Assembly: GCF_037042905.1 (NCBI RefSeq)
Contig: NC_087251.1
Coordinates: 4,776,001 to 4,840,000, forward strand
DNA length: 64,000 nt
Source of the DNA: Lytechinus pictus
Lineage: Eukaryota
Direction: 5' to 3'
The position numbers were made by a program, and so were the translations under genes. Each line of letters begins with the position of its first letter. Positions within the stretch are counted from its first letter, which is position 1. Below the pieces are notes generated by a model. It searched no databases. It was given only the letters and a program-made list of their open reading frames with translations, and was not told the DNA's origin. This document shows, in pieces, positions 14,051-23,710 of the stretch.

Positions 14051-14211
14051 AGGTTCCATGATATTTGCTCCGGCAACAATCGCTCCGCTCTAAATTCCAC
14101 CCTATACCCTACTCTAAACCCACCATAAAACCCTATTACAACAACCTTAACCCTAACCATACATCTTAAGCCCGGAGCAATTATCACCGGAGCAAATATC
14201 TTCTCACTACC
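14051..14211. mobile_element. MITE-like repeat with degenerate TAACCC interior (related copy at ~44686-44830)
   Basis: gatatttgctccgg (14060-14073) / ccggagcaaatatc (14187-14200); the same aggttccatga(t/c)atttgctcc start occurs at 44686. Confidence 0.7.
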
Positions 14212-15214
14212 AGGGTTGGGATGGTGTTGATTTGCAAAGGCCGAGTTGATAGATATGTCTATGCTTAACCTATCATGAAAAAAAGTTTGATAGAATCAAT
14301 AGAAGGTTGGTGCTTTATTCTGAATGATTTCAAAGCGGGAATGTGTATCTTGGCTTAGTGAGTTCATTCAAGAGATTTCAATCTAATTTTGTGCTCGTTA
14401 ATATTATTTGACTCTTTACTTGCCGAAGTAATTCTGAGAGTGTTATTATTATTATTGTGACCATTCTTTCTCCCAATCTTGCTTTCGTTACTTCACAATT
14501 GAAATTGGTTATCAATCTATGAATATTACTTGAGCACTTTAACCATTTAGGCTAACTTCGCTAGTTGATGACGGTGAAAATTAACGACTGTTAAATATAA
14601 TTTAATTTCATGATTGTACGAAGGTTATTATTTAAATGCAAAGTAATATAAATTTTAAATAACATCAAACATTCTAGACCCAAACTTTCTGAAGACGAGA
14701 ACCAGATAGGTGGTATGGTTTTAACTAGTAATATATCCATAGTTGGATAAGGTGTGATAGACATGACAATCATTAAACCTGCTGTCATTCACCCTACTTC
14801 GATTTGATTTTACAGTCAGTCGGCAAGCCCTCAAAAAGTAGCTTCTTTTATCCAAGTGATATTCATGACGAGAGGGTTTTTGCATTGTTAATAAGCTTGG
14901 TGCGGACGATAACACCTCTTTTTATTTGGCCATTGCCGCTCTAAATATTGACCAAATTTCATGTTTTTGGTATCTTTATATATAGAAGAAATATTATTCT
15001 TTTAGGTCATGTGTATGAGGCGCCGAATGTACCAATATTATATAGAACAATTATTTGTTATATAATCATTATTTATTAAATAATAACTATTATTTATATA
15101 TAATTTACATTTTATTTGTAAATAACTACTATTATATAAAATATCATTTCTAATTATTTATATATAATTCCAAGTAATACTTCATTATTTGTAAATAATA
15201 ATAGTTCGACATTC

Positions 15215-15431
15215 CATTATTTATAAATAATGATTATTTGTTTTTCATTATTTATAAATAATGATTATTTGTTTTTCATTATTTACAAATAATGATTATT
15301 TGTTTTTCATTATTTATAAATAATGATTATTTGTTTTTCATTATTTATAAATAATTATTATTTGTTTTTCATTATTTACAAATAATGATTATTTGTTTTT
15401 CATTATTTATAAATAATGATTATTTGTTTTT
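15215..15431 (+). repeat. 31-bp minisatellite x7 (cattatttataaataatgattatttgttttt), left foldback arm
   Basis: Period of 31 counted directly. Confidence 0.92.
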
Positions 15432-18400
15432 CATTATTTATAAATAATTTGTTGAGTTTTCCATTATTTATAAATAATGATTATTTGTTAAATAATGAAA
15501 ACGTCTACTTCATTATTTATAAATAATTTTTTCGAGTGCACCTTTATTCTCATTATTTATAAATAATCATTATTTAATGTTCGAGTTTTCCATTATTTAT
15601 AAATAAAGATTATTTGTTAAATAATGAAATATCTACTTCATTATTTATAAATAATAATTTTGTTTCAATATCCCATTATTTATAAATAATCATTATATAT
15701 AAACAATTTTTACAGTTTGCCATTATATACAAATAATCATTATTTATATACAAATAACCATTATTTATTAAATAATGCCATTATTTATTAAATAATGCCA
15801 TTATTTATTAAATAATGGAAAACTCGCTATAACATGCAAATGTGGGACCGCCCATGATATGAATATTCATGATGCGATTTCCTTTTTCGTGATTTTTCTT
15901 CACAAATTTTTGTCCATTTCCTCTTCATAATGACATTTCTTGAAGCAATTTTCTAGGGATATGGTCTGATTGTAATATTCTTCATTTTCTATATAACTTC
16001 GTCTTCGTAGAAATATCAAAAAGTGTAATTTTATACGATTTTTCCTACAGTTCACAATCCCCATAGGCGCGCGTGTACGGTAGGGACAACCGGTGAATCG
16101 ACGGAGTGCTCTTCATCGAAATACTACGTTGGTTGGTCCCCGGAAGTGGCGGGCGGAATTTAGCCCGAATCCTCGATGGAAGTCGATCAAGTGCATATGA
16201 GCTGAGAGAGTGAAATATCAGTGTACTTGTACAGGCCCTTCTACTTTTTATAAATATTTCTTGTTGCTTTTTTGTTGAGTTAATTTTTCCTGGTGTAGAG
16301 ATAAGTTTCAGTTCTAATAATGCACTTCAAATACATTTTGGAGTGTTTGAGGCGCTTGGGGCGATTTCACCCTGGCCCCAAAATTCTCGCAACGACAATA
16401 CGGGGGCATGATGACCCCTAAATTTTTAAAAACTTATTTTTCTATTGAAAATTATCACAAAATTCACCAAAAGTGTGCACGAAAGCCTTCGTATTTCACT
16501 TTTAAAACTCCAAAAAGTGCCCAAATGACAAGCTTGGTCGCTTCGCTGTGTCGCTTTCAACTTGAGAACGTTTACGCGTCTGCTTCCCCCCCCCCCCCTC
16601 CTCCGAAAGAAATTCTGTATACGGCCATGCTGTAAAGAGCCTGGCACATTGATTTATGTATACTTCATTTTCATTATTTTTATCTCATTATCATCATGGC
16701 CTTACGCAGAATTTTTTCCGGGGGGGGTGGGGGGAGCAGGACGCGCGTAAACTTTCTCATAAAAATCTTGAAAAAGCGAAGCGACCAAGCTTGTCATTTG
16801 AGCTTGGTCGCGTCGCTGTCTCGCTTTCAAGATTTTTTTTGAGAAACTTTACGCGCGTCCTAGCTGCTCCCCCCCCCCCTGGTAAAAATTCTGTGTAAGG
16901 CCATGATGATAATGTGATAAAAATAATGAAAATGAAAAGTACATATTTTAAATCAATGTGCCATATGCTCTTTTGAGCATGGCCGTTCACAGAATTTCTT
17001 TCGGGGGGGTGGGGGCAGATGCGCGTAAACGTTCTCAAGTTGAAAGCGAGACAGCGAAGCGACCAAGCTTGTCATTTGGGCTTGGTCCCGTGGCTGTCTC
17101 GCTTTCAAGATTTTTTTGAGAAAGTTTACGCGCGTCATGCTCCGGCCCCCCTGGAAAAAATTCTGCGTAGGGCCATGTTGATAATGAGATAAAAATAATG
17201 AAAATGAAAGTATACATAAATCAATGTGCCAGGCTCTTTAGAGCATGGCCATATACAGAATTTCTTTCTTCGGAGGGGGGGGGGGAAGCAGACGCGTAAA
17301 CGTTCTCAAGTTGAAAGCGACACAGCGAAGCGACCAAGCTTGTCATTTGGGCACTTTTTGGAGTTTTAAAAGTGAAATACGAAGGCTTTCATGCACACTT
17401 TTGGTGAATTTTGTGATAATTTTCAATAGAAAAATAAGTTTTTAAAAATTTAGGGGTCATCATGCCCCCGTATTGTCGTTGCGAGCATTTTGGGGCCAGG
17501 GTGAAATCGCCCCAAACGCCTCAAACAGACACTCCAAAATGTATTTGAAGTGCATTATTAGAACTGAAACTTATCTCTACACCAGGAAAAATTAACTTAA
17601 CAAAAAAAGCAACAAGAAATAAAGTAGAAGGGCCTGTACAAGTACACTGATATTTCACTCTCTCAGCTCATATGCACTTGATCGACTTCCATCGAGGATT
17701 CGGGCTGAATTCCGCCCGCCACTTCCGGGGACCAACCAACGTAGTATTTCGATGAAGAGCACTCCGTCGATTCACCGGTTGTCCCTACCGTACACGCGCG
17801 CCTATGGGGATTGTGAACTGTAGGAAAAATCGTATAAAATTACACTTTTTGATATTTCTACGAAGACGAAGTTATATAGAAAATGAAGAATATTACAATC
17901 AGACCATATCCCTAGAAAATTGCTTCAAGAAATGTCATTATGAAGAGGAAATGGACAAACATTTGTGAAGAAAAATCACGAAAAAGGAAATCGCAACATG
18001 AATATTCATATCATGGGCGGTCCCACATTTGCATGTTATAGCGAGTTTTCCATTATTTAATAAATAATGGCATTATTTAATAAATAATGGCATTATTTAA
18101 TAAATAATGGTTATTTGTATATAAATAATGATTATTTGTATATAATGGCAAACTGTAAAAATTGTTTATAAATAATGATTATTTATAAATAATGGGATAT
18201 TGAAACAAAATTATTAATTATAAATAATGAAGTAGATATTTCATTATTTAACAAATAATCTTTATTTATAAATAATGGAAAACTCGAACATTAAATAATG
18301 ATTATTTATAAATAATGAGAATAAAGGTGCACTCGAAAAAATTATTTATAAATAATGAAGTAGACGTTTTCATTATTTAACAAATAATCATTATTTATAA

Positions 18401-18436
18401 ATAATGGAAAACTCAACAAATTATTTATAAATAATG

Positions 18437-18746
18437 AAAAACAAATAATCATTATTTATAAATAATGAAAAACAAATAATCATTATTTATAAATAATGAA
18501 AAACAAATAATCATTATTTATAAATAATGAAAAACAAATAATCATTATTTATAAATAATGAAAAACAAATAATCATTATTTGTAAATAATGAAAAACAAA
18601 TAATCATTATTTATAAATAATGAAAAACAAATAATCATTATTTGTAAATAATGAAAAACAAATAATCATTATTTATAAATAATGAAAAACAAATAATCAT
18701 TATTTATAAATAATGAAAAACAAATAATCATTATTTATAAATAATG
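18437..18746 (-). repeat. 31-bp minisatellite x10, right foldback arm
   Basis: Reverse complement of the left-arm unit, 10 copies. Confidence 0.92.
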
Positions 18747-18966
18747 GAATGTCGAACTATTATTATTTACAAATAATGAAGTATTACTTGGAATTATATA
18801 TAAATAATTAGAAATGATATTTTATATAATAGTAGTTATTTACAAATAAAATGTAAATTATATATAAATAATAGTTATTATTTAATAAATAATGATTATA
18901 TAACAAATAATTGTTCTATATAATATTGGTACATTCGGCGCCTCATACATGTGTCTGGATTTTGAA

Positions 18967-19531
18967 AGGGATGGTCTAGGCTGAAAATATTTATATCTTA
19001 GTACATAGAGTAGAATTCACTGAACAAAATGCCAAAAATTTCATCAAAATCGGATAACAAATAATAAAGTTATTGAAGTTTAAAGTTTAGCAATATTTTG
19101 TGAAAACAGTGGACTGGTGATGTCACATCTCCACTTTCCGCTTTCTTATGTTATAACATAAAATCATAATTTTTTCATTATTTCATACTTGTGTGAATAA
19201 TATGTCTCCCTTATAGTGAACTAAGTTGCAGCAATAAATATCTAATGCACTAAATCAGTTGTCAATACAATTTGTCTAGTTCTTGGAGGAAAAATTTGAA
19301 TTGTCCTAATTTCATATGATAAAATACAAAAGAACAAGTGGGGATGTGACATCATCAGCCCACCTAATGAATATTTATGACGACTGTTCTCACAAAATAT
19401 TGCTTAACTTTAAAATTCAATAACTTTGTTATTTGTCATCCGATTTTGGTGAAATTTTCGGCATTTTGCTCAGTGAATTCTATACTATTTATTAAGCTAT
19501 AAATACTTTCAGCCCAGCCCAGCCCAGACCA
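18967..19531. mobile_element. Kolobok-like MITE with long imperfect TIRs, right end damaged
   Basis: agggatggtctaggctgaaa...agaattcactgaacaaaatgcc mirrored by ggcattttgctcagtgaattct...tttcagccc. Confidence 0.7.
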
Positions 19532-20992
19532 GATCTAAAACATAAAACAAAATAATTACACCTTACACCTTTAAAACGATTGTGTAACATGGATGAAACT
19601 TTTGATCTAAAACATAAAACAAAATAATTATTTTCATGCAACAAAACTTGTTGTTTTTACACCTAATTTTTGGTTGGGCCCAAATTTTTTTAAGATTATG
19701 ATGAAGCTGAAGATCTAAGCTTTAATATGATATAATTTGTATAAGAAGAGGGTTCTTAGATGGGTCAGCAGCCAGCTTTTCATAGGCCAAGTACATTTAG
19801 CACTTTAAAAACAAGAATACTGCGCTCTGATTGGTCATATACCCTTTTTACACAGGATTTTCTTAGCCCCGGACTATCGCTACCCCGTACTATCCATAAT
19901 CCCGTACTATTTTTTTTCCTTTTCACACATGCCAAATTGTTATTGCTAACCCCGGATAAGGAATGCTTGCTTTTCACACACGAAACTCGCTAACCCCGGA
20001 TTATAGTGGTAGCTCATTCACTCGTACCCTTTTTACACACGCTAAAATTTCCTTAAAGTATACATCCGAAGAATCAAAAGTATTTTATAATGACTTTATG
20101 TGGTCATCATTGTAAAGGGGAAGTATTACTAATCAGATATATAACTTCACTTTTCAAAATAGTGATCAGAGTTTGCAGAAATCAGCTCTCAAAAATGATT
20201 TATTTTCATGCCATATTTCTGCCTTCCACCGGTCCTCTTGCGAGCTCCAGCTGAGTGACGTCACACAATGAGCAGTGAGCAGCTGAGCTGACAGCAGCCC
20301 ATTGGAGACGATCTTTCCAATCAGCGTTTTTTGCTCTTAGAATTGTTTATTGCTCTTAATATTGGTCTTGTTATATAGATAAAAGTTTGAATTTACTGAA
20401 CAGTGAAAAAAAAGTGCACATTTAACGTATTTTGGTAACCGATATTTAGCTTAGAATTTTTCTTTTTCTTTCAAGAAATATATGTGAATAAACAAAGCAT
20501 ATTTTCACGTAGAAATCACACTTGCGTCACATTAATATTATAATCAATATAAAGCATAGACATTCTTCTTTATGACTGAACAAAAATTATGAAATTTCAT
20601 TAAGTAGCAAAGTCAGGAACCACAAAAAAAACACGGCAATATCCATCGCGAAATGACTGAAATTGCAGTTGAATTGCCGAAGCATTATTAGGCAACAGCG
20701 GCGAGCGGACTTTATTTCATATATCTTAAAAATGACTCTCCGGCAGGGCAATGGTCTGTGGCCAAATGCGATGGCCATTGTTTTGTCATGTGCGAGGACC
20801 CTGGTTCGAAACTCGGATTTTTTTTTTATTCCTTCCCCGTCCCTACCCATCTTTTTTTCTCTTTTTATTTTCTTGTGAAATTCTATTCAGACCTGTATTT
20901 ATCAAATCTTGCTTCTTAATTGTTGCTTTTGATTTTCAAGTTCTTGATTAGATTATTTCTACTCTTATTTGGGATGGGAGGGGTAGAGTTAA

Positions 20993-21322
20993 AAGTCAAG
21001 TCCACATCAACTAAAAATTATTTGAATAGAGTAATTTTCCTTGTTTTTTTTACTCAAAACAGTCATATACACAAAACAATGATATGGAAATTAGAGTTGT
21101 CACTCACATCACATTCGTTTCTATTTTTTGTGGCATTTTGTTTTTTATTCTTTGCAGATTTGACGATAGGAAACTCTTCATCTGATCACAATAGGTTATA
21201 TTTACGGAACTGTTAAAATAGTAATTATATAAATTTGAATCAAAGTTTTTATGAAATTTCCTGCAATATCTTGTTATTTTTCCTTAAATTCAAATGAATT
21301 TTTGATTGCGTGGACTTCTCCT
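20993..21322. mobile_element. Older Kolobok-type MITE nested in the 4.27-kb element
   Basis: ttaa|aagtcaagtccac ... gtggacttctcct|ttac. Confidence 0.6.
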
Positions 21323-22115
21323 TTACTCTTAATGTAGGGAATGCATAGCAAAATTTATCCAGAAACAAAATTGTCTTAGAATATGCAAATCAGTAATTGG
21401 ACACATGTTCACTTTTCTTTCATCCAGGCCACTTCCTCACATCCACCAGGCTTTCAGTCTTATAACAAAAATGATGAACCATCACACAACAGCACACAAC
21501 ATTCACAGTGCTTCACAATAAATATTTCACTTCTGTTCATACATGCAATAAATATTGTGGAAAACAAATAAAAGGCGTACCCATATTCAAATACCGTTTA
21601 AAAGGACAAATATATTATACCTTTCGAGAAAAATCAGCACGTTAAATATCTGATAACAAAACATAATTATGGGGCACTGCAAGAAACTTATGTTCAATTG
21701 CAAATCAAGCGTAAGTCTTAAATTCAAATTCAAGCGTAATAAGGTCGAGTTGCAATCGCATGCAATTCAACTACATGTTTAATCAAAGGACTTACCCTTG
21801 ATTTGGGACGTGTGATTGAGTATAACATTTCTCGCAAAATGCCCTAGTAACATTAAAATTGTTCTTTCGTTTTAAATTGTGTGTTATTATTTTTGACAAG
21901 CTGTATTCCTGTCCAAGTCAAATTTCTTAGTACTCTCCAAAACTGTGCTCAAAATTGTTTCTAAGATTGATAAAGAAAAATTTTCTATTGTATCATTATC
22001 AGTCCACAACTTGCAAACCGTAGGTCCTGGAAAGAGTGAAGAAAAAAATGGCTATATCCAAATCATAGTAAAAGGACATGATGGAATCTCCCAGATTGAG
22101 GTAGCAAGCAGAGAC

Positions 22116-22288
22116 CAGGGGACCGTTTCATGAAAGTTGTCAGCACTGACAAGTTGTCTTTCTCCGACAGTTACCATAGTAACAGTCAGAGCCAGTGCCT
22201 TTCAGCCAATCAAAACCAAGGATTTCACTGAAATTGTCAGCACTGACAATTTAGTCAGTGCTGACAACTTTCATGAAACACCCACCTG
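22116..22288. mobile_element. MITE with CWG-flanked ends (Harbinger-like by inference)
   Basis: gtttcatgaaagttgtcagcactgac / gtcagtgctgacaactttcatgaaac TIR. Confidence 0.8.
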
Positions 22289-22483
22289 AAGTCACCAGAG
22301 TCAGCAAGTGTGCAGATCTGTGTGTAGAAGAGAGAAAAAAAGAAATAGTTTAAATAATCAAATCAAAGTATGAATTTAATTATCGTGATGATTGATGACG
22401 TGCGGTGGCATGTAATTCCCGGTCAACAACAAATGATAGTAGGTTTAGACACCTGAAAAGTTCCACTCAGAACACTGGTGCTC

Positions 22484-22632
22484 TACCTCAAGTGATGTTT
22501 GTGTAGGCCCCACTCCACTTCACTACCGCTATACTACCGTACATGTACGCCACACCTACCCGGGTAGGTGTGTAGCGTAGTGTAGGCTGTAGCAGTAGTG
22601 AAGTGGAGACTACACGAACATCACTTGAGGTA
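22484..22632. mobile_element. 149-bp hairpin MITE, hAT-like (8-bp TSD)
   Basis: TIR tacctcaagtgatgtt / aacatcacttgaggta; TSD tggtgctc/cggtgctc; central perfect palindrome at 22551-22572. Confidence 0.8.
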
Positions 22633-22756
22633 CGGTGCTCTCTGAGTCTCTGTGTCATTACAAAGATTGCATTTATCTTCATTGTTGAAGGCATTACGCA
22701 TGCATATATGCAGCAACACTCTAATCAGAAAGAAACACCAGACTCTAATTTTAGCC

Positions 22757-22936
22757 CACCCAAGGGTTCATTGCATGCCGCCGCGCACAGAAAATTCAAG
22801 CCATAGAAGTCGTGTGTTGTGGACCCAAGAAGTGAGATCCCAGCACGCGCGACCCACTAGTTAGAAATCCACTGCCAAACGCGGTTCGTGGTGCGAGGTT
22901 AGTATACTAATACTAACCTCGCAATACGTGTGAGTG
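22757..22936. mobile_element. 180-bp element, copy 1 (9-bp TSD attttagcc/attttggcc)
   Basis: CAC...GTG ends; near-identical inverted copy at 23004-23183. Confidence 0.8.
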
Positions 22937-23003
22937 ATTTTGGCCAGGAATCAGGGTAATCACTGCTGAAAATTTGTCTGGCTTCATGACATCGGCATCA
23001 TGG

Positions 23004-23183
23004 CACTCACACGTATTGCGAGGTTAGTATTAGTATACTAACCTCGCACCACGAACCGCGTTTGGCAGTGGATTTCTAACTAGTGGGTCGCGCGTGCTGG
23101 GATCTCACTTCTTGGGTCCACAACACACGACTTCTATGGCTTGATTTTTCTGTGCGCGGCGGCATGTAATGAACCCTTGGGTG
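23004..23183. mobile_element. 180-bp element, copy 2 (9-bp TSD gcatcatgg)
   Basis: gcatcatgg at 22995-23003 and 23184-23192. Confidence 0.85.
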
Positions 23184-23449
23184 GCATCATGGTGATATAA
23201 TTCTGTGTATAATAAAAACTTAAACATTCCTCTGAAACAGCAGATTTTCAGCCATGGTCCATACCAGTGCTAAATAATTTAATCGCCTGCCCGAGTCCTG
23301 ACCAGTTTTAGAAATCTGACTGAAGAAAAAATCTGCTGGAATTGTGCAAAAACATTATTTCTAAAATAAAGACTTTTTAATTTTAATAGTAGTTATGCCA
23401 AAATGCATGATTCTAAACTTATATCAGATCTGTATCTGTCATCTGACCT

Positions 23450-23710
23450 GGTCGTGTGGTCCAGTGGTTAGAGCATTGGACTCATAATCGCAAGGTTGTG
23501 AGTTCGAATCCCCACCCTGCTATTGTCTCCACTTTGGTAAAAAAAGGCCCAAGAGTAATATCTGTCGTCTATAAGGTCAGCCACTATGACTGATTAACCT
23601 AGACGTAAAATGTTTCCTAGGTAATTGGTTACATACCATCTTAGCGTTTACCAGCAAAATGCTGTCCTGCCGAGTTCCTACGGGAGTTACCATCACAAAC
23701 AATCACAAAC
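23450..23710 (+). mobile_element. tRNA-derived SINE (Met-like CAT loop)
   Basis: Box A TGGTCCAGTGG, box B GTTCGAATCC, broken acceptor and anticodon stems, ~190-bp body, (atcacaaac)x2 tail. Confidence 0.75.

Larger units (their letters stand above)
15014..18947. mobile_element. 3.93-kb foldback (long inverted-repeat) non-autonomous DNA transposon, IS3EU-like ends
   Basis: Termini TATGAGGCGCCG...CGGCGCCTCATA; direct repeat CATGTG at 15008-15013 and 18948-18953; arms reverse-complementary over about 1.75 kb; no coding capacity. Confidence 0.9.

Noticed and set aside
15215..15431. CRISPR-like array of 31-bp palindromic repeats
   Set aside because: The units are head-to-tail with no unique spacers, the context is eukaryotic, and no cas genes are present.
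15014..18947. Assembly or read-foldback artefact
   Set aside because: The flanking TSD and the arm differences (indels, 7 versus 10 repeats) favour a real element; long reads are still needed to confirm.
19532..19630. 27-bp direct repeat as the TSD of an element
   Set aside because: It encloses only 45 bp with no element features; more likely a repair or junction duplication at the damaged MITE end.
23450..23522. tRNA-Met(CAT) gene
   Set aside because: Acceptor and anticodon stems are broken and the sequence continues into a SINE body and tail.
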